This document shows, piece by piece, positions 28,701 through 39,614 of a stretch of 64,000 bases of DNA. The notes under the pieces are model-generated. The model saw only the letters and a list, made by a program, of their open reading frames with translations, made no database searches and was not told the origin of the DNA. Position numbers and translations under genes: made by a program. This stretch comes from an uncultured Planctomycetota bacterium. GTDB lineage: Bacteria; Planctomycetota; Planctomycetia; Isosphaerales; Isosphaeraceae. The DNA lies in NCBI GenBank assembly GCA_963737655.1, contig CAVTTN010000002.1, positions 1,248,001 to 1,312,000 on the forward strand, read 5' to 3'. Position 1 is the first letter of the stretch, and every line of letters begins with the position of its first letter.

Positions 28701-31700
28701 GGGATCCCCCGGCCGCATACCGGGGTCGTTTACGCATTCGACGCGACCGGGGCGCAGGTCGGCTCGCCGACGGCGGACCCGGACGCCGGGCTCGGCAACA
28801 ACGCCCCCCTGTTCGGTCAGAGCCTCACGACGATCAACAACGACCTGGTCGTCGGCGCCCCGGGGACCGTGAACAACGGGACGACCTCCGGGGCCGTGTA
28901 CCTCTTCGACCTGCTCGGCACCGGCCTGAAGCTGGCGAAGTTCCTCAGCCCGGTCTCGGAGCTCAACGGTGCCGGGTTCGGGTCGGCCCTGGCGAGCACC
29001 GGGACGGAGCTGCTGATCGGGGCGCCGAAATCCAGCCTGGGAGACGGCCAGGCCGGGGCGGCGTACCTGTATGACGTGACGATCGATGCGTCGAACGTCA
29101 CGCATTCGACGTTCCGGGGGGCCGTCCAGGCTCCGTCGCCGGCTCCGGGAGACGGCTTCGGGACGGGCCTCGGGTTCGTCGGCTCGACGATCGTGGCCGG
29201 GGCCCCGGGGTCGCTCTCGGCCCCGGGCCGGGCCTTCATCCTGCCCGCCAGCTCGCCCCTGACGGTCAACGCCATGAGCGTGGGCGAAACCCCCGCCGGG
29301 ATGACCACCGTGATCGTCGGCGGGACCGTGCTCGATCCCGGAGGCGGCGAGACCCATACCGTCCTGGTCGACTGGAAGGACGGCTCGACGACCACCGTGA
29401 ACCTCGCCGTCGGCCAGTCCTTCTTCACCGCCACCCACAACTACCCGCAGGACTCCTCCACGGCCTATGCGATCACGGCGAGGGTGACCGACTCCTTCGG
29501 CGCCTCCGGGACGGCCGGGGTGGCCGTCACCGTCCACAACGACCCGCCGACGATCGCGACCCTCACGGTCTCGCCCGGGACCACGATCCTCGAGGGGACG
29601 AAGGTCCTGCTCACCGGCTCGTTCACCGATCCCGGGGCGCTGGACTCTCACGATGTGACCGTCCACTGGGGAGACGGCTCGTCGGACTACACGTTCCACC
29701 TCGCGGCCGGCGTGACGTCGTTCAACGCCGGGTCCGACCCGAACCTCTCGCACGTGTATGCCGACAACCCCACGGCCCCGGCGACGAGCTTCGGCCTGTC
29801 CGTCACGGTCAAGGACAACGGCGGCGGTTCGACCGTCAGGAACGTCCCGGTCACCGTCCAGAACGGGGCGCCGACGCTCTCGGGCGTGGCCCTCAGCGCC
29901 CTGAACATCAACGAGGGCGACTCGGTCACCCTCTCCGGCCAGGTCGCCGACCCGGGCGTGAACGACTCTCACACCCTGACGATCGACTGGGGCGACGGCT
30001 CGGGGCTCCAGACGATCCAGCTCGCCCCGGGGAGCCAGGCGAACAAGCCCCTGCCGGGCGTCACGCCGTTCTCGGTGACCCACCAGTATGTGAACAACAC
30101 GGTCGGCCTGTCGCCGAGCTCGTTCGTCGTGACCGTGACCGCCACCGACAAGGACCTCGCCTCGACCTCGACCAGCCCCGGGACCGTCCGGGTCACCAAC
30201 CTCTCGCCGAAGGCCAGCATCGGCGAGGACCCGGCCCTGAACACCGACCCGTCGATGATCACGCTGACCTCCACGGCGTCCGACCCGGGGCCGGTCGATA
30301 ACCTCTCGCTCAACTACTCCTGGACGCTGACGAGGACCGACGGCGGGGTCGAGACCCTCCAGGGCGTCGGCTCCGCGTTCAAGCACTTCACCTTCGCCTC
30401 GGACGCCAGCAATACGTATGACGTGGCGCTGACGGTCACCGACCTCGACGGCCTGAGCGACACCGTGATGTCGCTGGTGATCGTCCCGACCGGCAGCTCA
30501 TACGAGGTCACCGGCGACCTGCACGGCCACACCCAGGCCGTCGTCCTGTCCAACAGCGACGGCTTCACCGTCGATGCCACGAAGTCGACGATCCCGGTCT
30601 TCGTCGACGCCCAGGGGATGAATTCGACGGTCCTCGGCGGCCCGGGGAACGACACGATCGTCACCGGACACGGCAACGACTCGATCAACGGCGGGATGGG
30701 GAACAACTACTACAACGTCGTCATCGGCAGCAGCCCGACGATCACCCAGCCGAACGCCCCGGGCACCGTCGCCACGATCGACCTGTCCCGGACCAACTTC
30801 GCCGTGAGCGTGGACCTGAGCATCACCGGGACCCCGCAGATGGTCGATCAGTCGATCGGCCGGAACGACTCCTTGACGCTCAACGGGTCGTTCCAGGACC
30901 TCATCGACACGTCGGGCAACAACGACACGTTGATGGGCAATTCCGGCGACAACCTGATCCGTGGCGGGACCGGGGACGACCTCCTCTTCGGCGGAGCCGG
31001 CAACGACACGATCTATTCCGGGTCGGCGGCCGGGAACCAATCGACGCTCAAGGGAGGCGCCGGTTCGAGCCTCCTGTTCGGCGGCCTGGGCAACGACTCG
31101 GTGGTCTCCGGGTCTCTGGCCGGGGGCCACAGCACCCTGGTGGGCGGCCCGGGCAACCAGATCCTCTTCGGCGGCCTGGGGAACGACTCGCTGGTCTCCG
31201 GGTCTCTGGTCGGGAACCAGACGACGCTGATGGGCGGCCCGGGCAACCAGATCCTCTTCGGCGGCCTCGGCAACGACACGCTGATGGCCACCGGCTCGGG
31301 CCAGAATACGCTGGTGGGCGGCTCGGGGGCCCAGCTCCTCTTCGGAGGGCTCGGGAACGACTCGATCGTGTCGAACTCCGGGCCGACGACGCCTCACACG
31401 GTGGTGGGCGGGGGCGGTTCGGACATCCTCTTCGGCGGCCTCGGGCCCGACACGGTGGGCGCCGGCTCGTTCTCGCCGACCGGCCAGTACACCCCGGGCA
31501 CGGGCAACAGCACGATCGTCGGCGGGCCCGGGCGCAAGTCCTCTTCGGCGGCCTGGGGAACGACTCGATCCAGGGCGGGACCGGCCCGAGCACGATCGCC
31601 GGCAACGGCGGGGCGGACATCCTCTTCGGCGGCGCCGGCAACGACACCATCGGCGCCGGCTCGTTCACCCCGGGCCCCAACGGCTCGATGACCTACACGC

Positions 31701-34700
31701 CGATGAGCGGCCCGGCCACCCTGGTGGGCGGATCGGGCAACGTCCTCCTGTTCGGCGGCCTCGGCCCGGATACGCTGGCCGCGGGCGGCTCGGGCCAGGA
31801 TACGTTGGTCGGCGGCCCCGGCGCCGAGGTCCTCTTCGGCGGCTCGGGTCCGAACACGATCAGCGGTGGAGGCGGCGGCGACACGATCCAGGCCGGGGCC
31901 GGCCCGACCCTGGCGTTCTCCGGCGACCCGGGCAACCCGAACGTCGGCTCGCCCGGCGACGTCTCGCTCCTGTTCGGCGGCAGCGGCCCGGACACCCTCG
32001 GCGCCGGCTCGTTCACCCCGGGCCCGAACGGCTCGATGACGTTCACGCCGGGGCAGGGCACGGCCACCCTGGTCGGGGGCAGCGGCCCGGCCGTCCTCTT
32101 CGGCGGAGCCGGCCCGACGACCCTGATCGGCGGGACCGCCCAATCGACGCTCCACGGAGGGGCCGGGCCGAACCTCCTGTTCGGCGGGTCGGGCCAGGCC
32201 ACGCTCTATTCCGGCTCGCTCGGGTCGCCGAACAGCCCGCCCTCGACCCTCTTCGGCGGCTCCGGCAACGACATCCTCTTCGGCGGCCTCGGGCCCGACA
32301 CGCTGGAGGCCGGCTCGGGCAACTCCACCCTGAAGGGCGGGCCCGGCGGCCAGCTCCTCTTCGGCGGCTCGGGGAACGACTCGATCGTCTCGGGCTCGGC
32401 CCCCGGGAACTCCAACACCCTCTCCGGCGGCTCGGGCGCCACGATCCTCTTCGGAGGCATGGGCAACGACTCGGTCTACGGGGGCACCGGCCCGGCGACG
32501 CTCGTCGGCGGATCGGGCCACCAGGTCCTCTTCGGGGGGATCGGCAACGACTCGATCGTCTCCGGGTCGCTCGCCGGGGGAACCGCCACCCTGGCCGGCG
32601 GAGGAGGCTCGGACATCCTCTTCGGAGGCCAGGGGACCGAGACCCTCGGCGCCGGCTCGTTCTCGCCGAACGGGACGTTCACGCCGATGACCGGCAACAC
32701 GACGATCCAGGGAGGCTCGGGCCCGGCGATCCTCTTCGGCGGCCTGGGCAAGGACGACCTCTCGCTCGGGATGAACTCGCCGGGAGGGACGGTCGTCGGC
32801 GGCCTGGGCAATGACGTGATCACCGGCGGCCTCGGCAATGACTGCCTCGTCGGCGGGACCGGCGACGACTCGATCACCGGCAACGGCGGGAACGACGTCC
32901 TGATCGGCGGGGGCGGCTTCAACTGGGCCATCGAGGCGGGGAACTACGACTTCACGATCACGCCGACCAGCCTGGTCGGGACCGACTCCGGCCACGTGGC
33001 GAGGATCAACGACTCCCTCCAGCAGATCCAGGCCGTGGCGGTGACTTCGGGCAACTCGCCCCACACGCTCGACGCCTCGGCGTTCGCCGGGACCGCCTCG
33101 CTCTCCGCCGGCTCGGGCGATGACACCCTGATCGCCGGCTCCGGGCCCGACACCCTCGACGGGGGCGCCGGCAATAACTCGCTGGTGGCCGGCTCGGGAG
33201 ACGACACCTTCGCCGTCTCCGGCCTGAACCTGGGGACCGATACGATCGTCCACGGCTCGCCCAGCTTCGGCGTCGAGGCCCTGGACTTCTCCGGGTTCGG
33301 CGCGGCGGTGAATCTCGACCTGAGCAAGGCGGGCCCCCAGGTCGTCAGCCCCGGCAAGACGGTCGTCCTGCCCGATGGCGTATCGATCTCCCAGGCCCTG
33401 GGCTCGGACTACAACGATACGATCATCGGCAACGCGATGGACGACACCCTGATCGGCGGAGGCGGGTCGGACATCCTCGCCGCCGGGACGGGCTCGAGCA
33501 ACACGCTGATCGGCGGCAAGTTCCAGGTCGTCTTCCTCGACTTCGACACCAAGGACGGCGGCGACGCCTCGGCCTATGGCCTCCACGACTACACCACCGA
33601 CGAGCGCCAGGCGATCCTCCAGGGGATGATCCGCGACTACTCGGCCTTCTCCTACAGCTTCACGCTGACGAAGCCGACCGCCGGCGCGTTCACCACGCTC
33701 TACATCAACGACCCCGCGCTGATGGGCCTGGAAGGCGGGATCGGCGACGAGATCGACTGGAGGAACGTCGACCCGACGGACGACGCGTCGATCAACGTCA
33801 ACGGCCTGCTCGGCCACGCCGGGCAGCCGGCGGCGGACTCGGCCGACTTCATCGGGATGACGATCACCGTCTCGGCCCACGAGCTCGGCCACCTCCTGGG
33901 GCTGAAGCACTCCGACGCCTTCGGGCCGATCGGCTCGGGGATCTCGCCTCAGGTCAGCCCCACCGCGTTCGTCACCCAGGCGATCTTCGACGCCAACCCG
34001 GACGACCCGCCGATCCTCGTCCCCTACCTCGGCCTGACCGCCGCCGACGAGACGAACCTGCACATCATGGCCTCCGGCGCCGCCACCCACACCTCCGGGT
34101 TCGACTCGGTCAAGGCCACGTTCTTCGGCGAGCGCGAGGCGATCAAGCTCTCCTACGACGAGCAGGGCTCGCCCGTGGCCGAGACGAGCGCCTCCCACAA
34201 CGTCGTGACCGCCCCTCAGCCGATCGGCCTGTCCGCCGACGGCGAGCTCCAGGCCATCAACGTCCCGAACACCGACGTCTCCGGGATCTATGCCGGCCAG
34301 TCGTTCGACGTCCACGCCGGAGACGTGATCGGCCACATCGGCCTGGACGCCAAAGGCAACTCGGAGAGCGATTTCTACTCGTTCACCGCGATGGCCGGAG
34401 ACCTCCTCAACGCCGACGTCTACTCCGCCAGCCTGGCGAGGATCACCGACCCGATCGACTCGGTCCTCCGCCTCTACTACCAAGACCCCGTGACGATGCA
34501 GTGGGTCCTCGTCCCGTTCAACGCCGAGGCGAACCCCGGGAGCGTGGCGGTCAACGACGACGGGTTCCAGGGCAGCGATTCCAGCCTGATCGACGTCCCC
34601 CTGCCGACGACCGGCACGTACGTCCTTGAGGTCGCCACCTCGAGCCCGGCCGGCACCCACACGCACTACACCGGCGATTACGAGCTCTTCGCCTCCACCT

Positions 34701-37700
34701 TCCGCCTCGGGGCGAGCGAGGCGAAGGGGGACACGCTCTATAGCGGCTCGGGCGCCGACGTGGTGATCGCCGGCTCGAGCAACGACACGATCATCGCCCA
34801 GCCGAAGAAGGACGTGGTCCAGTACGGCTCCGGGGACGCGAACACCGTCGATAGCCTGCCCCCGCAGAACGTCTCGGCCGGGGCGAATCAGTCCGTGACC
34901 GAGGGGGGCACCGTCGGCCTCCTCGGCTCCTTCTTCGACCCGGCCGTCAACCACACCGATACCGTCCTCTGGCACCTGCTCTCCGGCCCGGCCGGCGCGC
35001 CTCTGCCCGATGCCTCGACGCTCGCCTACGGGTTCACGGCGACGAGGCCCGGCACCTACGTCCTCGACTTCAGCGTGAACGACGGCGTCGATGCCCCCGT
35101 GCATTCGTCGGTCACCATCACCGCCGCCGATACCCCGCCCGCGGTCACCTCGCCGATCCGACCCGGGCACCCCGAGGACGAGCAAACGACCGTCGAGGGC
35201 ACGACCCTCCAGGTCCATCTCGGCTCGTTCACCGACCCGGGCACGCTCGACGGCCCCTGGCAAGTCCTCGTCGCCTGGGGAGACGGCAAGACCGACTCGT
35301 TCTCGGAGGACTCGCCCGGTTCGCTCGGCACTTATGCACACACCTACGCCGATAACCTCCCCGGAAACGCCGACTACTCCGTGACGGTGACCGTCACCGA
35401 AGGCCCCGGCCTCTTCGGCACCGTCTCGTTCCCGGTCGGCGTGACCAACGCCCCGCCGGTCGTCGCCGCGATCTCCAACGTGGTCCAGCCCTATTCCGTC
35501 CCCCTGAGTGCCTCCGGCTCGTTCGCCGACCCCGGCGCCGATGCCCCCTGGGCCGGGACGGTCGATTACGGCGACGGCACGCCCGGCAACCCCGACATTC
35601 AGACCCTCACGATCGATCAGGCCACCAAGACGTTCTCCCTGAACAAGACCTACGCCAACCCCGGCATTTACACCGTCTCGGTGAACGTGACCGACAAGGA
35701 CGGAGCGGCCGGGACGACCAGCTTCACCGTGACGTCGGCCGGTCCCCCGGTCGTGACCTCGCCGATCCGACCCGGGCATCCCGAGGACAAGCAAACGACC
35801 GCCGAGGGCACGCCGCTTCAGGTCAACCTCGGCTCGTTCACCGACCCGCTGGGCGGAGACGGCCCGTGGACCGTCCTCATCGCCTGGGGAGACGGCAAGA
35901 CCGACACCATGCAGGAGGTTTCCGCCGGCTCTCTGGGCGCGGTCTATCACACGTATGCCGATAATTTCGCCAATAACGCCGACTACTCCGTGACCATCAC
36001 CGTCACGGGCTCCGATCACCTCCCCGGCTCGGTCTCGTTCCCGGTCGGCGTCACGAACGCCCCGCCGGCCGTCGCCTCGATCGCCAACGTCTCGCAGACC
36101 TTCCCGAACGCCCTGAGCGTCGCCGGCTCGTTCGCCGACCCCGGCGCCGATGCCCCCTGGGCCGGGACGGTCGATTACGGCGACGGCACCCCGCAGAACC
36201 CCGACGTCCAGCCCCTGACCCTCGATCAGGCCACCAAGACGTTCTCCCTGAACAAGACCTACGCCAACCCCGGCAACTACGCCGTCAAGGTGACGATCAC
36301 CGACAAGGACGGAGCGGCCGGGACGACCAGCTTCAGCGTCAACGAGTACACGCAGATCTCGGCCTCGCTCCGCACGCCCCCGGCGTACTCGGCCAACGGG
36401 ATCTCCACGCTCGGCGTGACGTTCTCCAACCCGATCAAGGCATCCAGCTTCACTCCGGCGGCCCTGACGATCACCCGAGAAGGCCAGCCGGTGACGATCC
36501 CGGGCTTGACGATCGCGCCGACCCCGGGAGACAACACCGGCACGCTGTTCACAATCTCGGGACTCGGCTCGGTCGGGTCTCCTCTGATCGAGGGGCGGTA
36601 CTCGATCACCCTGGACGCCTCGAAGGTCACCGACGCGACCGGCCATCCCGGCCTCGGCGTGACGGCCCCGGCCACGTTCCTCGTCGATCGCACGGCGCCG
36701 ACGAGCAAGGTCCAGGCGTTCGCCTCGCAGAAACAGGCCACGGAGACCTTCCCCGTGACCGTCACGTTCAGCGACCCGGCGCCGGCCTCCGGCGGGACGC
36801 CCTCGGGCGTGGCGTCGTACAACCTCTATTACGCGATCGACAACGGCGCGTTCTCCGAGTTGCAAAAGATCGTCGTGACGCCCAACCCGGTGACCGGCGT
36901 CCTGCCCACGACGGTCAACTTCACCGCGACGAGCGGCCACTCCTACAGCTTCCGGGCGGTCGCCACGGACCTCGCCGGGAACGTCGAGAGCAAGCCGGTC
37001 TCCTCGGAGGCGTTCGCCGTCGTCCCCGACCTCGACCCGCCCGCCACCACGGTCTCGGCGGTCGTCGGCAACGCTGCCGCCGGGTCGTTGACGGTCAGCT
37101 ACCAGGGCAGCGACCTGCCCGCGTCCAGCGCCGTCGGGATGGCCAGCTTCGAGCTGTTCGCGGTGGTGGACCTGGAGAAGAACCCCAACGCTCCGGCCGT
37201 GGACCTCGGCACCCTCGCGGCCAACAATCCTCTGGGCGTCTCGACCGGCCAGTACACCTATCCGGCCATCGCCGACGGCAATAACCACAGCTACCGCTTC
37301 TTCACCGTGGGCAAGGACAGGAACGGCAACGTCGAGGCCGCCCCGGCGAGCCTTTCGGCCCTGCCCTCCACCAGCCTGACGGTCCAGGCGGCCCCGCTGA
37401 AGGCCACCGATTTCTCGGTGGACCACGGCTCCAGCAACCGCTCGTTCGTCCGTTACGTGGACGTCGTCTTCAACGAATCCAACGCGACGAACTCCAACGT
37501 CCTGACCAACCTGATCGCCGGAGGCGCGCTGACCCTGACCAGGCACGCGATCACCGGGGTCGCCGTCGGAGACCCCTCGGTCGTCCTGGATAATGCCCAC
37601 GGCGTGAAGGTCTCGGCGATCGACCACACCATCGAGCTGGACTTCGGCGCCGGAGGCGTCGGCTCGGCCTTCGGCGTCGCCAACCCGGCGACCAACGCCG

Positions 37701-37981
37701 CGTCCGATGGCTATTACGAGATCGACATGAACCTCGGCGCGGGCCCGGTCACCAAGGCGTTCTTCTACCGCCTGATGGGCGATGTGAACGCCGACGGGAC
37801 CGTCGATACCAACGACGTGACGGTCATCAGCAACGCCCTCGGGTCGTCCTCGACGACCCAGATCCTCGCCGCCGACGCCGACGGCGACTCCGCCGTGACC
37901 GCCAACGACCGCAATATCGCGAGGAAGCAAGCCGGACAGAAGCTGGCCAGCGGCGAATTCAGCAAGCTCGGCCTGCAATGA
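1..37981 (+). CDS. Giant extracellular multidomain protein (beta-helix stalk with LamG, delta-60, PKD, FG-GAP, RTX, metalloprotease, dockerin-like domains); 5'-partial, about 12,660 aa in window, interrupted by 4 frameshifts
   Basis: Frame +1 is open from base 1 (IAIVGGSSNVFIGDLIGLN...). The repeat protein reads continuously across frame changes at ~1752 (+1 to +3), ~22842 (+3 to +2), ~24485 (+2 to +3) and ~31531 (+3 to +2), ending at TGA 37979-37981. Each junction is repaired by adding or removing one G. Confidence 0.85.
1752..22842 (+). CDS. Giant protein segment 2 (frame +3): beta-helix repeats with 5 inserted LamG domains and one unassigned domain
   Basis: Genuine part of ORF 798..22925, starting at GAIVPNVQAG. 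Module end GLGIDLGGDGVT...DPSGYGEG at ~3080-3440, then a new module start VTNTSNTGAGSLRQAI at ~3453. Confidence 0.9.
22841..24487 (+). CDS. Giant protein segment 3 (frame +2): 7 delta-60 repeats (beta-propeller), then beta-helix repeats
   Basis: ALDTSFNGTG, GSLDASFGVNG, GALDAGFGTGG, GSIDTSFGPNG, GLLDTTFGQSG, GTLDDTFGTNG and GSVDSSFGTNG, with (Q/L)PDGKIVVAG-type strands. ORF 22925..28306 loses the pattern after GIYLQG. Confidence 0.85.
24486..31532 (+). CDS. Giant protein segment 4 (frame +3): beta-helix end, PKD domain, 7 FG-GAP repeats, PKD-like domains, start of RTX-like repeats
   Basis: ORF 24468..31691. PKD motif LDGTGSSDPDNDPLTYSWNFGDG at ~27800-28050; seven FGx(S/A)(V/L)...(G/S)AP blades at ~28110-29250; W(G/K)DG PKD-like units at ~29300-30200; GGxGND repeats from ~30635. 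Confidence 0.88.
30987..31280 (+). repeat. 90-bp (30-aa) tandem repeats in the RTX-like region
   Basis: ttcggcgg(a/c)...aacgac recurs at 30987, 31077, 31167 and 31257 with high nucleotide similarity. Confidence 0.8.
31531..37981 (+). CDS. Giant protein segment 5 (frame +2): RTX-like repeats, metzincin protease, PPC domain, PKD-like repeats, FN3/Ig-like domains, dockerin-like C-terminus
   Basis: ORF 31688..37981. HELGHLLGLKH at 33878-33910; HIMAS Met-turn candidate at 34061; PPC-like ESDFYSFTAMAGD...NDD...GTYVLEV; C-terminal paired Ca-loops GDVNADGTVDTND and ADADGDSAVTAND. Confidence 0.88.
35144..36339 (+). repeat. Tandem duplication of a 609-bp (203-aa) two-PKD-like-domain unit
   Basis: VTSPIRPGHPED starts at 35144 and 35753; ggagcggccgggacgaccagcttca occurs at 35702 and 36311 (period 609). 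Confidence 0.9.
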
Positions 37982-38957
37982 GCCTGAGCCACCCCGGCTC
38001 GCTCCTCCTGGCGATCGCCTCCGCGTTCGGCGCGGCGGCGATCGTCCCGGTTTTCCGGTCGCGGGGCCCGAATCGATGGGCGACCGCGGCGGCCTGGTGC
38101 CTCGTCCCGGCCGTCTTCGCCTGCCCGTGGCTGATCCCGGCCGACGACGTGGCCTCTCGGGCGGCCTCGGCGGTCATTTCGACCGACCTCGCCTTGAAGA
38201 TGGTCGATTTCTTCCGGCAATGGGGCCGATTGCCCCCGGGCGAGGCCGTCCGCGAGTATTTCCGGTTGCTCGTCCCGCTGCCGGTCTTCGCGGTCCTCTA
38301 CCCCGACCTGAAGAAACGGCTCCGCCGGCCCGAAAACCCCTGGCCCCAGGTCGCCAAGGTCGTCGGAGGGCTGGCGGGGACGTGTTTCGGGGCCGTGTCG
38401 CTGGTCGTCCTCTCGAAAAATGAGACGCTCCGGGCCTATCCGGTCCTCGATCACGTCGTCAAGATCGTCCTCTTCGTCCCGACCATCGAATCCATCTCCG
38501 CGATGGCCAACGGGCTCGAACGGCTCGCCGGGTTCGACGTGCCGCCGATGCTGAGGCATCCGTTCGCGTCACGGACGGTCGGCGAGTTCTGGGCGAGGTA
38601 CAACGTCCGGGTCCACGGCTGGCTCGTCCGGCACGTGTTCCGCCCTCTCGGGGGACGTCGGCGCCGGCCCGGGCGGTCTGGCTGACTTTCCTCGTCAGCG
38701 GACTCCATCACGAACTGATGTTCGGGATGGCCACATCGCGATTCACGGGATATCAGCTCGCGTTTTTCCTCGCGCAGGCCCCGGCGGTCCTGGCCTCGGG
38801 CCGGGTGGAACGGCTGGCGAGGCGTCGAGGGGTCGCGGGGAAAGCCCTGGCCCACGGGTCGACGCTCGCGTTCCTGGCCGTCACGTCGGTCCTGTTCTTC
38901 CACGGCGTCGGCCTGGTGTTCCCGACGTTTTACGCGGGACGATCGCCCCGGCCATGA
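37978..38957 (+). CDS. MBOAT-family (wax-synthase-like) membrane-bound O-acyltransferase, frameshifted at ~38661
   Basis: Multiple TM segments and PFASRTVGEFWARYN motif. After a one-base shift the protein continues AVWLTFLVSGLHHELMFG (MBOAT catalytic His region) into ORF 38718..38957. Start overlaps the giant gene stop (ATGA). Confidence 0.8.
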
Positions 38958-39050
38958 GCGAAAAAGGGCCCGAGAGGCGGCCGGGCCCCTCGCCCGGACG
39001 GAGGGGCGTGGGGTCGCCGCGACGAACGATCGAGGAGGCCGCGAGCCGTT

Positions 39051-39368
39051 TCAGAAGCTCAGGGCCGGCTCCAGGCGACGGGGACGGGCGTCGCGATCGC
39101 GGAAGCGGGCGGCGCGCTCCAGGGCCTTGGGCGACGGGGCGACGATCGGCCCGGCCGCGCCTTCGGGCTCGCGGACGAGGATCAGCCCGTCCAGGTCGAG
39201 CGCCGCGAGGATGTCGGTCGTCTCTTCCAGGTCCCGCCCGAGGCGCCGGGCGACCTCGGAGGGGGTCTGCCAGGCCGAGGGGCGGCGCGTCAGGGCGTCG
39301 AGAACGGAGCGCCAGGACTGCGGGACTTCGGACATCTCAGGACCTTTCGCGGGGTGGAGAGAACTCAT
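39051..39368 (-). CDS. Small hypothetical protein, winged helix-turn-helix-like (alternative start 39335)
   Basis: TPSEVARRLGRDLEETTDILAALDLDGLI resembles an HTH recognition helix plus wing. Confidence 0.55.
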   Translation of the reverse strand: MSSLHPAKGPEMSEVPQSWRSVLDALTRRPSAWQTPSEVARRLGRDLEETTDILAALDLDGLILVREPEGAAGPIVAPSPKALERAARFRDRDARPRRLEPALSF

Positions 39369-39614
39369 GCGCCGCCGGAGACTCTAGCGAATGTCGGGCC
39401 CGGACCGGGCCCGACCGTCGGTTTTCTTGGGGGCCGGACGGGAGGCCCGTCCCGTCCGCCGCTCGATCACTCGCACGTCTCCGGCGCTTTGACTATCCGG
39501 GATTCGTGAGCGCCGGTCAATCACTGACGATCGGTGACCGTTCGTTATTTGATCGCATCCGGGCCCGTGATGCGTTTCCGCCCTTCGGGCCGATGGACCC
39601 GGACGATGTTCGTT

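Noticed and set aside
1752..31532. Programmed frameshifting or phase variation in the giant gene
   Set aside because: The G runs are at most 4 nt, there are no slippery heptamers, and similar indels occur in unrelated genes.
3963..37978. Very long antisense ORFs (e.g. 9045..14213, 17262..22664, 26424..30386, 31394..37978) and Arg/Gly-rich alternative-frame ORFs
   Set aside because: Shadow ORFs caused by high GC3 and repetitive sense-strand codons; they carry no motifs and overlap a clearly real gene.
39513..39540. Short inverted repeat CGGTCA-N16-TGACCG upstream of the wHTH-like gene
   Set aside because: A single 6-bp palindrome pair is expected by chance in GC-rich DNA.
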